A program made the position numbers and the translations under genes. The notes beneath the pieces are model-generated. The model saw only the letters and a program-made list of their open reading frames with translations. It had not been told where the DNA came from and ran no database searches. A stretch of DNA of 64,000 nt from Zootoca vivipara. Taxonomy: Eukaryota. The stretch lies in assembly GCF_963506605.1 (NCBI RefSeq), contig NC_083287.1:34348001-34412000 (forward strand), given 5' to 3'. Of the stretch, positions 1 to 55,333 are shown one piece after another. How positions within the stretch are numbered: position 1 is the first letter of the stretch; every line of letters starts with the position of its first letter.

Positions 1-465
1 TAACAGATATCAAAAAAATCTTAACAGTTGCTTGAAGGAATCGGGCTGACCCTCAGATATTTTGCTGTCTGTGGCAGCAGTGCCCTCCCCCCCCCCTCTC
101 CACGAATAGAAGTTGGCTAGATGGATACACTGGCAACAAGAAAGCACCTTCCACCACACCTGTGGACAACAGGCTAGCATAAGGAGTATAAGGCAGGCCA
201 GATGGTACTCACAACTCTGCCGCCTTTCAGTACCTCACTGCCATTGCCTCCCCTTCCTAGCATCTGCTGTTTGAGGCAACAGCTTCACTCTACCTAATGG
301 TAGGGCCGTCCCTGGTAGACCTTTATGACTGTACTGCAATCTTGAGAACCACGCCTGCATGGGCGTGGTTCAGTCACCCAGAATGGGGGGGGGGAGACAT
401 TCCTGTGCAGAAAAATGCCACAACCAGCCAGGAGAACTCCAGCATGGTCACAGAACATAGTGTGG

Positions 466-469
<4 letters not shown>

Positions 470-521
<52 letters not shown>
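470..521. repeat. (TA)n microsatellite
   Basis: About 25 TA units seen directly. Confidence 0.95.
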
Positions 522-523
<2 letters not shown>

Positions 524-593
524 GACTCCCATGTTGAGCACTGGCTCAGGGATGTTTTCCACATGGCTGGAGTAACATGTAAAAGAGTTAAAG

Positions 594-729
594 CAGGCAT
601 CCCCAAACTTCGGCCCTCCAGATGTTATGGATTACAATTCCCATCTTCCCTGACCACTGGTCCTCTTAGCTAGGGATCATGGGAGTTGTAGGCCAAAACA
701 TCTGGAGGGCCGCAGTTTGGGGATGCCTG
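594..729. mobile_element. Palindromic hAT (Charlie-like) MITE, 136 bp
   Basis: TIR CAGGCATCCCCAAAC; 8-bp TSD AGTTAAAG. Confidence 0.9.
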
Positions 730-2255
730 AGTTAAAGCCTATTAAGCTCTCCTTTCCCTTTTCTTCTCCCTTTTTGCCTTTCGCCCTCTCCCTTCCAGTT
801 ACCTTGTGACCTCGGTTATGAATGTGAATACAAGCCTTAATGCTAATGTGGCATAACTCATTTCGTATTCATAGTTGAAACTTTGGCCTCTTGAAAGCCC
901 AGCCCGTATGTACAAAGGGCAGAACGCTTCCTGAATGAAAGCCTGAACTTGTTTGCTTCTGAAATCAATCTATCATTGCAAGCACAATAAATTATGTTTC
1001 CTTTGATAGGAGGAAAAAAGAAAAGCCCAAGTGATTTCACAAAAGCACAAAAGACTAGAGTTGAAAATTGGGTAGGGTTGCCACTGTACGTGTTAAGTAG
1101 GCGTGTCATTTCCTTCACATGCTCTGTCAAAACCTCACCTTTCAATGAGGACATCTCATTACAATGAACTCTTGCTGTCTTGTACCCCAGTTGCTTCAGT
1201 GTTTATATTGTGTTGTTTATGTATGCTTAAACAGGGGTGCCATGGCCCTGGGAGCAAAGTTTTTGAGGCGATGCGAACCAGGCAACCCCCCCCCCGATGA
1301 CCCCATCTCTGGCCGCCAAGGAACTCCCCCTGTGCAGGCGGGCAAGCGGGTCAGTGGGGCCCTGTTTTGCTGCAGTGGGAGTGGGATTGCCGTTGGCAGT
1401 GAGGGCTGGGCTGGTGCCTCTTGCCTGCCCCAGGAGCCGGCAACCAATGCTATGCCACTGCAGCAAAGGTATTGTTTTAAAGCCCCCCCCAACTTGGTTC
1501 CATAAACTCAACTCCAGTGCCTCCCTACTCTACCCTATAAAAAAAGCATTATTCAAAATATATTGACCCACTAGCACAATAAAATAGCACAATAAAATTC
1601 GGAACAGTAGCAATTAGTTGTACATTTATTCAAAATCCAATTAAAGCTATTTAGCTTAATTAACAATGATGATAATTGATTCAACAACAATGGTATCACT
1701 GGTAGTCAGTGATACCAGCTTTTCAAAGTCTCATAATCATTTACACCTCCAACTCCCCACCCTTCTCCTTTGCCTCTTAGTGCAACAAGCTAAGATCACT
1801 GAAAGGAAAGTTAATGACATGGGGGGTGGAGAGGGGGCAAGCTTCTTGCTTGGAGGGGGTTTACTCCCTTTCACCCCCTTCTGGAGCCACCCTTGGAAGC
1901 ACATCTTCAATTAACACACATTTAAACTATGGAAACTGCTGCCATAAAATGTCATGATCAAAACTACAACCCCAACTCTATTTACCTGGGAGTAAACCCC
2001 GCTGAATTCAATAGGACTTAATTCTGAGTAGGCATGATTAGGGTTGCACTGATAGTTGGCAAACTCAACATCAAATGGCATGGAAAGGAACTGGAGAAAT
2101 GCATGGCGGATCATGTTAGCAATGGCTCTAGTCGTGAGTGAATGACTGTGTTATCTCCAGTATCAGAATACCAGGTGGTGGGGCCCAACTTCAGAGAGCA
2201 GCTAGAACAAGTGTGATGGTTAAGAGTGCAGGCGACAAGGGTTCAAATTCCCACT

Positions 2256-2362
2256 CACTGGCGGAGGAAGAGGGGTGTCGGGGGGAGCGCATCGCCCCCA
2301 GCAGCGTGATCCCGCTAGGGCGCCCCCCCCCCCCAGTGCCAGAGTATGAAGCTCTGCCACTG
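2256..2362. mobile_element. Small hAT-like TIR element nested in a tRNA-derived SINE (about 2210-2535)
   Basis: Ends CACTGGCGGAG / CTCTGCCACTG; 8-bp TSD TTCCCACT; the host has a B-box GGTTCAAAT and a (TAAA)n tail. Confidence 0.65.
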
Positions 2363-2791
2363 TTCCCACTCAGCTGTGAAGCTTACTGGGTGACCTTGGG
2401 CCAGCCATCATCTCTTAGCCTAACCTACCTCATAGGGATGAAATGGGGGGAGGAGGAGAACCATGTACACCACCTCAAGCTCCTTGGAGAAAAAGTGGTA
2501 TATACAGTAAATGTAAATAATAAATAAATAAATAAACAAAACTATCACTTCCCTGTCCTGCTTGTGGAATTCTCATAGGCACTTTGGTTGGCCACAGGGG
2601 GCAGGAGGAGATGCTGGACTAGATCGCGATAGGCTCCAGCATTGAGACAACCATTTTAGCTGTGCATATTGAATGCATTTTCTCCTTTATACTCGCAAAT
2701 GAAAAAGATTATTCCCAAAGACCATTTTGTGATGCTAAAGACTTGCACGGGTGCCCTTCTTGAATTTGCCTCTGCAACATTGTGCTTTCAG

Positions 2792-44754
<41,963 letters not shown>

Positions 44755-44839
44755 ATTCAAACAAAAGCAAAATATTGCTAAAGCTGAATTCACTTCTTGA
44801 GGCGGCGATTGCAAGAGGCACTGCTTGTACCATCACCGT

Positions 44840-44854
44840 ATTAAACAAAATAAA
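44840..44854 (+). terminator. Candidate ABCB1 polyadenylation signals (ATTAAA, AATAAA)
   Basis: ATTAAA 44840-44845 and AATAAA 44849-44854, about 90 nt after the stop; usage unverified. Confidence 0.45.
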
Positions 44855-46234
44855 CCAGTATTGGCGAATGGGCTGAATTGCAGCAAGGCTTCTCAAACCG
44901 AAGCTTTTCCTATCTCGATCCATTTTCTACACTAGTGTGCTTACCTTTTGTTCTCAGCTGTCTAGACTCTAGAGACACACGTACGCTGTACATTTTCAAA
45001 AGTTGCAGTTGTGTGATCACTCCAAAAAATACACACACCTGAAAGTGAAAGAACAAGAGACAAGCCCCTCCCCTTCCTTGCACCCTGGAAGCCAGAACTA
45101 GAGACCAAGAAGATAGGTCGGCATCTGAACGGCTAATTGAAATAAGACCAACTATTATCTATTAATTTAAAAATGGACAATTGTGCCGGAGCAACATTGG
45201 CGAGTACTCTCAAAGCCAACTATTTTGGATTCTCGGTGAAAAGGGTTTTTATGAAGTCTCAGTTGATTGTCAAACTTCCTGGATTGACCTTGGGATGGCT
45301 GCAGTGGAAACCTCACCCAAAACTGTGTGTTGTTGTTTTTTAAACGAAGCAGCATTAAGCATGTTTCTTTATAGCTTCCTTACAACATACTGGGAAGCAA
45401 ATCTACTCGTGTGGCTGTCTTTTCATTCAAGACTCCTAAAGAAGACCATAGAGCCTCCCCACAAATGGGCCAGTCAACAGCAACGGGGAAAGAGCCTTTT
45501 AAAGCTTTGGTGGGCATTGCTACTCTCTGTGGTAACAAATCCTGCAGTTAAACTGAGAGCTGCATGAATAACTCCCTTCTGTTCTTGAGTAGAGGACTCC
45601 AGCTACTAGTATTACTGGGAGAACTTTTCTGTCCACTTTCTCCAGAATATTCCTAATTTTTATACACAAAATATATCCCTTCCTGCCCACTTTTTCTTCC
45701 TAAGCTAAAGCCCCCAAATATTGTCAACTTTCATAGAATCAGGGAAGGGACCTCAAAAGTCATCTAGTCCTACCCCCGGCAATGCAACTAAAGAATCCAT
45801 GACGGATGGATAGCCATCCAACCTCTGCTTAAAAACCTCCAAAGGGAGACCGTTCTACTGTTGAACAACACTTCCCATCAGAAAGTTCTTCCTGATGTTT
45901 AGTCGGAATCGAAGTTGCTCCAGCTCCTTGATCATTTCAGTTGCTTCTCTCTGCATCTTTTCCAGGTTCACAATATTCTTTTTGGGATAAATGACTGGAT
46001 TTCATAGTTTACCACATTTTTGTATTGCTTTTCATTAACTGAGAGCTGCATTGGGTAGCTTCTTGTGGAAGAATGGGGTATAAAGAGATATGTTTTAAAG
46101 ATAAATATCCACATTAAAGTGTTTTGAAGAATTTAAGCACCATATGGGTTCGGGGAGCCTGGCCCCCTTTCTTCACAATGAAGTGTGTATATGTACATAC
46201 AGATTAATCAAGCCAACACTATCTTTGATGTGGT

Positions 46235-46240
46235 TTTATT
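46235..46240 (-). terminator. Candidate CROT polyadenylation signal
   Basis: TTTATT (AATAAA on -), about 1.1 kb downstream of the CROT stop; usage unverified. Confidence 0.4.
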
Positions 46241-46778
46241 CCAAAGAGAAGAAATTACATAATTGATAAAAAGGAGAGGATGGTGAGGGGGTGCTTCATT
46301 TTAAAATGCCAAGGAAGTCCTGAGAATTTTGCGGAGCTATACATGTGAAGCAACAGTGGTATACATACTTTCTAATAATCACCTTATATATATATATATT
46401 TTGCAAGCTTTCAAGTACAGTTTCACTTTATATCCTTGGTTTGGAAAATAAAAGTAAAATTTTAAAACAAGTTTCGCACATGATCATTCTATTCAAAGGC
46501 CTTTCTTAAAGTGGTGGTTTTTGAGTTGCAAAGATCCCATCACAGAAAATAGGACAGTAGTGAAGAATTACATAAAGCAATAATCCCAATACCTATCGTG
46601 ATTACTTTACACCAGGGGTGACTAATAGCTAGCATTACCCAGCCCCACAACCAAGTTTTTCTGCCATTTTGTTTTTAAGATAGAAATAGTATTGGGGTCC
46701 AAATCATCCCCCATGACTAGACTGATAATTTGATGAGCAGCTGGGTGCTTACCTGCCTGAGTGTGTGGCAAGAGGGTT

Positions 46779-46805
46779 GTGTGTGTGTGTGTGTGTGTGT
46801 GTGTG
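46779..46805. repeat. (GT)n microsatellite in the putative CROT 3' UTR
   Basis: Seen directly. Confidence 0.9.
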
Positions 46806-47320
46806 CATATCCACTGCTGGCTGGCAGCTCATGTAAGGCTGGCCAAGGGTGATTTTTCCTCCCCATGGTCCAGAAAAGCTTACCCACCCCTGCTTTAGAA
46901 GCTAAACATTATAAGAGCCATGATAATCATCCTGTCTAGAAAGGAATCATGATTCATAATCCTTGCAAAGGCTGCTCTAAGGCACAGAGCATGTGTACTA
47001 TCTTCTGAACTCCCACTGATTCGCTCATGTTTTTGCATTGCTGAGGCTTAGTTTAATATTGCATAGTTTCTACTAAAGAGTCTGTCATTTTGCATTGCTG
47101 TTGCAACATTACTCAATGCAACTACGCATTGTTACTGCAGTAAAGGTCATTATAAAAAAGAAGTGTCTTTCATTCTCTCTGCCTATGCTCAACCGGAAGG
47201 TAGCTTACCTAGTTGTAAACACTCCTCTTGGCTTAAACCTTCCTTCCTCAAGTGTACAGGGTACACAGACATAGTAATTGCACAAAGCTTTAAAGGCACT
47301 ATATAGCGTCGGCTTCTTCT

Positions 47321-47441
47321 CTACAGCTGGGCTGTGCTCATTAACTTGACCATGTCCTGTAAACACTGGAACAGAATTTGACACAGATTTTCTGCATCTG
47401 TCTCTGGACATGACTTCCAGGTGGTGCAGGCCACAACAATC
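47321..47441 (-). CDS. CROT: CROT terminal coding exon (121 bp incl. TAG)
   Basis: gatag|; IVVACTTWKSCPETDAENLCQILFQCLQDMVKLMSTAQL*. Confidence 0.94.
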
Positions 47442-50400
47442 CTATCAGTGGAAATGTTAAAAAAAAAATTGTTTAGATAAATAGCATTCTAAAAATCGAC
47501 ACAGATGTTCAGTTGCATATGGGTGAAGCTGCTGAGCAACTAGAGCAGGCTTCCTCAAACTCGGCCCTCCAGATGTTTTGAGACTAAAATTCCCATCATC
47601 CCTGACCACTGGTCCTGCTAGCTAGGGATCATGGGAGTTGTAGGCCAAAAACACCTGGAGGGCTGCAGTTTGGGGATGCCTGAACTAGAGGATGCCATTG
47701 TGATTTGAAAAAGTGACATACTATACAGCAATTCCGAATACTAGAGCAATGACTTCAATGTAAAAAGGTATGAGTGACCAAGAACCTTTTACACCCTAAG
47801 CTGAAATGTCTGCACCGGATTTCCAGGCCCAATTCAAAGCACCAGTTCTGATTGGGTCTCAGAGTATATTGGGGAGCACTTTCCCCTTAATGTATCTCCC
47901 CCCCCCCTGCCAGCTCAAACGCTTTATCCAGTGAATCACAGTAGCTCATTTTTATATTATGAAGTCAACTGTGAATCCAGAATCTGTTATCTTTCTTTAC
48001 CAGCACATTCAGCATCAAACTGAATACCATGGCAATACTAGTATTTCACAAGGAAAGTAACCTTTACTGTATTGCCAAGACAGGAACAGAAATAGCAATC
48101 CTGAGCTCTTCTTCAGATGCTTGTTGTACTTCTCTTCCCCCCCTTATTCCCCCCCTTTGAAGGACATTATTTCCTCCCATTCTTTAGGGTTGCCATACGT
48201 CCAGAAATTCCAGGACATACACGGAATGCTGGATTTAGAAGCACTGTCTGGGTGGAAATTGGCAAAAAGTCCAGAAAAATCTGGATGTATGGCAACTCAT
48301 GTCAGCAGTGTCATTTTTGGGTAAAACTATAAAAAGCACCCCCCCCAAAAAAAAAAATACAGAAAGAAAAAGCTCAACAACTTTGCCAAAAATGAAAAAA
48401 AGCTCAACAACTTTTGTGTCTGGATGTTCACTTTTTGAAATATGCCAACCCTAAATTCTTGCTCAAACTCTCTTTGGCAAAAAAATATATACTGAAACCG
48501 GTTAAGTGCTAGCGGTGAGGGCAGGCTGTGATTTCTGGTTTGCCTACTGAAATACTGCCAGGGCTGATACTTTCACTGACGATGCACTTAGAGAGAAAGA
48601 CAGAGAGCAGGTTTAAGTTGTTGAGTTAGGGCTAAGAGCATCCTCACCTGTCGTCTCTAATTCTGTAGAAAAAGCCGTAGCCCTGGTGCACCATGGGAAC
48701 CACAGCTCCCCCGACTCTCGTGTAGCCGACAAGGCTAGTTGAAAGCACAAAGTTTCCACCTCCCCCACTGCGAATTAAAAAGAAACACGGTTGCAGAATG
48801 AATCGTTTCCATCCGGAAATCAAACAAACACACGCGGCTGCTTCCCCTTTGATCCTTAGTAAGCTACACTGGAGGAAGTGAATGCGCTCTCATCATTATC
48901 AAAATCGAAGCATTAAGAGAGGTTGCCCGTAGGTCAGGTGGTGGGTCCATCTAGCTCAGGGTTGTCTACACTGACTGGCAACAGCTCTGCAGGGGTTTCA
49001 CAGAGACATAGAATCTTAGAGTTGGAAGGGACCACGAGGGTCATCCTAGTCCAACTCCCTGAAATGCAAGAATGTTCTGCCTAATGTGGGGCTCAAACCC
49101 ACGGCCCTGAGATTAAGAGCGTCATGCTCCACCAACTGAGCTATCCCAGCTCGTGGGAATCATTCCCAGTCCTACCTGGAGATAATGGGAATTGCAATAC
49201 TATGGCCCTGTGCCAAAGGAAGAGGAGGAGCTAGCTGGAAGGTGGGTGGAAGTCCTCTTTTTATCTGCATCCTTCCTGGACCAGCAGCAAAGACTCAAGA
49301 AAGCACCAGGTAAGAACATTTTTAAAGGGAGTGCTGCAATCTTTCTCCAGGCTCTTCTGGAGCATCTGGGACTGCTCAGCCTACAAGCAGTTGGCCATGT
49401 CACCAAGGCAACATTATCAGCTGCTATAGTGGGCTGTTACTCATCCCGTTTCACCCAGTCAACCCCGACAAATCTGCCACTCTGGGATATGCTAAGGTGT
49501 CCCACACTCCCACACTGTCAGACAAAGACATAGCATTTTAAAAGGTACCTTCTAGAGAAAGCAGGATCTAAGAAGAGTTCTGGCACGGGAAGGCTGTGCT
49601 CCTTTGACAGAAGCAGGAGACCTAAAAGATGACGGTCAAATCCTGTAAAGAGAAATTAAAATCCCATGTGGTTTAGATGTACTGTATGGATTTCTTACTC
49701 GTTGCTTGTCTCAATGGCCAGCTGCAGATTTTCATAGCTCCCTGCGCAAGAGACCTGCGGTGGGAAAAGTATGGTTCGAGCACTTTGGCAATCTTTAATT
49801 GGTCCAGCCTATCGGCCTCCTGATTACAGGAAGAGCAGTGGCCAATTGGATTGGGGATTGTGCTCATGGCCATCTGCAGGGATTTCTCAATGGTGTGTGT
49901 GTGATAAATACCACAAAGAACATATGCAAATTAGCATAGAACAGGTCTACAATTTCTGATAAATATGGGGTCTGGATGGTGACAAGGCCTAAGTAGGCCT
50001 GGCCTCTAATTAACACACATTCCAGGTCAACTCCTGTTTCCCAATGGGTAAATCTGCTGTCTCTCATAGTGATGTCAGGTGATGCTGTGCTTTGCAGTCC
50101 CAATTGTTGGGACATCAAAGTGCAGCACAGCAATGTTTGAAGGCCTTTTTCAAGCAGCCTCAAGCTGATCCTTTAAAAAATCTCGAATTTTCAGAAGTTT
50201 AAGGAGCAGACCGAGGTCACTTCAAAGAGCAGCGCTGGGAGGAAGAATCTGGTTCCATTATATGCGAACAGCTCCTCTGTCCTTCAGCAAGGTGCACTCC
50301 AACTACCCATCATCACCCGACGGGCAGGTGGGACTACATCCTGCTCCAGCAGTGAAGTGATCAGGAGCCCACTTTAAGTTTCCAATTGTTCCTTTGAAGC

Positions 50401-53400
50401 CCTGTCATACATGATGGGTGGGAAGGCATGGCTTCCCCAAAACAGCCTAGCAGGCCAAATCGTGAGGCCTGATAGGCCAGGATTGGTCTGCAGGTCAGCA
50501 GTTCCCTACCCGTGTCCTGGAGACTTTCCTTTTAAAATGAAAGCTGGACATCAGAGAATTATGGCACAGGGGGGAGGTTAACTACCCGTCTTGCCCCCTG
50601 CTATGGATGCTCATGAATTTGCTAAAAGGGTAGCAATGACAGCAGTTATGCTCCTAGGAGGCAGAGCTTCCAGTGCATGGAAGGGTGAATTAATAGGCCA
50701 CATTTTCAGCTCAGATCAAGCAGTGTGTCTCAATAAAGAGGTGGAGAGAACCCAAATGCCAACTTATCACAACAGAAACATCCCTTGGCAAGCGTCAAAA
50801 AAAGAAGGAAAGTACCTCTTCCATTCTCACATTCTTTCATCAGTTTATTGTGCTTTGCAAATGCCTTCAGCATAAGCTGTTTTCGTTGGCCGAGCTGCAG
50901 AAAGTTAAGAAAAGAAAAATCATTTGAACAGACTGTGGTGCCCAACAGCGTAAAACTGAAGACCCCTCCCTCAAGCAAGTTGCTGGAGGAAAAAGCGTAC
51001 ATCCCTGCTGTTCCGTCAAAGCCAACTGAAATGTTTCCCTGTCACCGTTAATGACCTGCAATCCCCGGGCAAAATGAACACTTTTAGAGTTAATGCAACA
51101 ACTTAGGGCACTTGTCTATTTAACAATACATCCGTCTGCAGGAGGGAGTCACTACCTTTTCATAGCCGTGTCCTGCAGAGATGAAAGGCGAATCCATACA
51201 CAAACAGTGAGCATGCATTGTTTTATTCATTATCAGTACGTGCACTCAGTCAAGTCAGGGAGGTCTTATCCAGGTGGAATTTGCTCAAAAAGCACTGCCA
51301 AAAAGAAAATGCAGCACACCGTCCAATCCATACCTTATGCCTGCTTCCTCGCTATGCATTATTGCTATTGCTTAAAGTATGTCGGGACAGCAGGACTGGC
51401 TCCATTGGCTCAGCAGACAGATGAGCTGGTGTTTCTCTCCTCCTCTCCCCTCAACTGTTAGCTGCCATTTCCTATGGCTGCAGCAGAGGGAGAGATGGGA
51501 AGGCGGGTCCATCGCATTTACTCAACTGAGAGATCAGCCTCACCTCCTCCTCTCCCTGAACTGTTTCCTTTCAAGCTGGTCATCGGAAGAACTAGCTAAC
51601 CATCAGAGTGGATCTCTGATTTGCTTGTTTTCCTCAATGGGACCAGGTAATGCTTAAATATCCATACATGCTTGAATGAATTTATTAATACGGTCACAGA
51701 CCAGCATCAGCACGCACAATATCACGAATCATAAAACATATCAAAAATACACATGCTAAATAAACAAAACCTTGTTTTAAGTTTCCCCAAACGACCCAGT
51801 CTTTGGAAGGGATGGGGGAAGAGATATACTTTACTCGTGGAACACGGTATCAAATAGATACACGTGATATTTGCCCAACATGGCTAGAGCAATGGAGGTA
51901 ACATACCCTAATTTCCCCAGAAGCAAAACTCTTACCACCTGCAATTCACTGGGTGCCACCTTGAGCTCCTTGGAGAAAAGGTGGGATATAAATGTAATAA
52001 ATAAAAACTGCTTTAAAAGTGACTAAATAAGGGGAAAGACCCTTAAAAATGGCAATGGAAAGTGACCGCAGCAAAACCGAAGAGGCCAAACTAAAATGGG
52101 CACAGAATGAGCCCTGTAAAGGGATAAGCTTTATTACACCATCTCTGGCTGTTTGTCTTGCAACAAGTCTGTGGTGTGAGAAACCTGAACAGAGAACTGT
52201 GGGATTTCTGCAATGTGATATCCTGGCTTACAAGTGCCCAAACCGCTCAGTTCATAGTGGGTGAATCCAGAGCTCAAATGCAAGCAAAGCACAACGGTAC
52301 AGTGAGCAGAATGAAAAGCAGGAGGAAGAAAGGAAGACACCCCTCCCCCCCCAAAAAAAATGTAGAAGTGAGATGGCCTTCTTATTTCTCTGCCAGATTG
52401 ATAGCAAATCGCAGGAGAGAGAGATCTATCACTGCCCCACTTAAAAGCAAGGAAATCAAATTCCAGTGAAACAATATAGTTTGTTCTGCATTTTAAAAAC
52501 AACAACAAACGGCTACATCTCCCATGGTGAATGGGTTTAGTCTTAGGTCTCGAGCTGTGTGTGTTACGTAACATGATTGCTTTAGTTATCTGTACTCTCT
52601 GCCATGAAGAAAGCTGGTGAATGGGATGTATGAGGCAGCGACCAAAATTTAACTACCAAGGGAACATAAGGGCTTAAGTATCCACTGGATTTCAACCTTT
52701 ATGACAAAAAGGCTTGAATAGACAGCCTTGATTGCCACATCCCGGCTGCTTTTCACAGTGACAACACAAAGCATGCAGAATTGGAAATCCTAAAGTACTT
52801 ATCGTTATCAATGCTTACAGTAAAGGCTGGATCTACCATGGATTTGCACCAATCAACTGCTTCCATGGTGCACGGTCTCATAGTCTCTGTCCGGCCATGG
52901 TAAAAACGTCTGGTCATAGCAGTTTCATAGCAGCAACCTGGGCTAGAAAAGAATGTTAGGACAATTACAAAAAAGGAAGCTCCCTTTCCACTCGAATGAG
53001 AAAGTATCCAATTGTGCAAGCATGTTTTAAGGAAGTAGAGGGTAATAAAAGGAGGCAGGCAAATTGGAGGTCTTACTCATTATTATTTTTTAGCTAACGC
53101 AAGTAAAGTAAGATTTTCCCCATTCATTTTCAAGGGCAGGAACAGAAGGTGAATGCATGTGAACTTTTAAAAGCAGCAGCGTAATCACAGTGCATTCGTT
53201 TATTTATGATATTTCTGCCTCACCCTTTCTCTAAGCAGCTCATGGCGGCTCACACCGTTTCACCGCTTTCATTTGATCTTCAAAGCAACTCTCAAGTGGG
53301 ATAGGCTGAGACTATCCCACTGTGCTTCAAGACAGAGAATTTGAACCCAGGTGTGTACCAACTCCTGCAAAGTTGGTCATATGCAGCACGGCTATTGGGG

Positions 53401-55286
53401 AATCGGGATTATCACACAGGCACAGGTAAAGACAGTGGCAAAAAAAAATTTCCTTGCTGCTTAGCACAACATTTCCAGCATGGTTACATGCAAACCACTC
53501 TAATGATTAAGTGATGAGTGACCATCTGTATTTATCACTGGTTGATGGAGTGTGAAAATAGTGGGGGTGGAAGAGAGGTTACTGGAGGTGTAGTGTGGGT
53601 ATATTAAAGATCCTACTGATTCAGTGTTTTAGCAGAAACCCATATACAAAAAAACCAATCAGACTAACTCAGGCATCCCCAAACTGCAGCCCTCCAGATG
53701 TTTTGGCCTACAACTCCCATCATCCCTAGCTAACAGGACCAGTGGTCAGGGATGATGGGAATTGTAGTCCAAAACATCTGGAGGGCCAAAGTATGGGGAT
53801 GCCTGGACTAACTGATCCAGAAACATGAAGGTAATTGGANNNNNNNNNNNNNNNNNNNNNNNNNNNNNNNNNNNNNNNNNNNNNNNNNNNNNNNNNNNNN
53901 NNNNNNNNNNNNNNNNNNNNNNNNNNNNNNNNNNNNNNNNNNNNNNNNNNNNNNNNNNNNNNNNNNNNNGGAGTGCACTTTTATGCAAGCCTTTCTTGGT
54001 GGTGAAGTGATTGCTTCCCAACCAAAAAAACAATTCAAGCATCCAATGTTTTAATGTAGCTGTGACTGGGGAGCAAGGTATCATAGTGGAATACCTACTG
54101 ACACAGTCAAAAGTGGCTGGGAGGGGGATAAAAATACACCCCTCACAAAGGAGCCTAATCCTCCCTGGCTCCTTGGTGTGGTGTGGGGGCCTTGCCCCAC
54201 TGGCAGCTATTTTTGGGGTGCACCTACTTTACTTCCACCCTTTGATGACTACCCCGATATGTACTTTCCCCGATATCTACGACTGCTTTAAAAGCATGTA
54301 TACCAAGGCAGTAGTCAAAGCCTTGATGTCTCCCACAGAGCCTCAAAATCCTACAGGGACATCCCACTTTTATTAGGAGGTCCGAATGCTTTTGAAGCAT
54401 CCCACATCCCACTGTATTTCAGGCTTCATTCCAAGTGGCTGCACATCCTCTCATATAGGTATTTTTGGGTGAACTACTAAGGATCTGCTCCACAACTGAC
54501 TTCATTTAGGAATCAACGTATTCAAAGTTATTTGATTCTGAGTGATCAAATTTTGCCTAAATAACATTTTTTTTCCTTACTGTCCGTGACGTTTATAGTA
54601 CGCCAGCTGGAGAGCAAGCTGGACAAATGTATCGGGATGCAACTGCTGTTTCTTGATCAGTGCTTTGCCAAAGGTTGTAAAGGCGTAATTCACCACCTCT
54701 ATGTCAGACACCTGAGAAAAACAAAACACTGTCACCACAGGATAAAGGAGCGGGAGCCCAAACGAAACCCAAAATTTCTACACAATTACGCCTATCGACT
54801 ACTCTATCTTCTCCACCCTCCACACCCCTTACACAGCACTAATGGATTCAGGTGAAAACAGGAACTCTAATGCATTCGAATCTTACCCTTCTTTAAGATA
54901 AGCCTTCATAGGCGTACTGGCAAGGGCTGATGGGAAACATCTGGAAGGCACCGTGTTGGTTTTAGATAAAGGAAGTGATGGGGTTTGTCCCTGGTTACAT
55001 TTAAGCAACCCTCAAAATGTTTCTGCTCGGCTTTTGCTTGTCTAATTGCGCACCTGGAACCCTAATAGGCAAAAGTTGCCAGAGACTTCTTGCACTTTCC
55101 TAATACATATCTACTAGGCATGTCAGCAGTCTTTTTTAATCACTACTGGTTTCCCCCAGCTACATTTACTGTATGGCTACAACCTTTAATCAGTGAATAT
55201 AATCTTTTTACTATGCAACCCTATGCACGTCTCCTCAGAAGTAAGCCTCACTGAGTTAAATTGGACTTGCCTGGAATTAAGCAGAA

Positions 55287-55333
<47 letters not shown>

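Noticed and set aside
858-1154. ORF containing 'EMTR', resembling the end of ABCB1 exon 5
   Set aside because: Wrong strand and no fitting splice donor; exon 5 must lie upstream of the window.
49078-49150. tRNA-Lys(CTT) gene
   Set aside because: T-loop reads GTTTGA, the acceptor stem is broken and it is fused to a CR1-type tail, so it is a SINE head.
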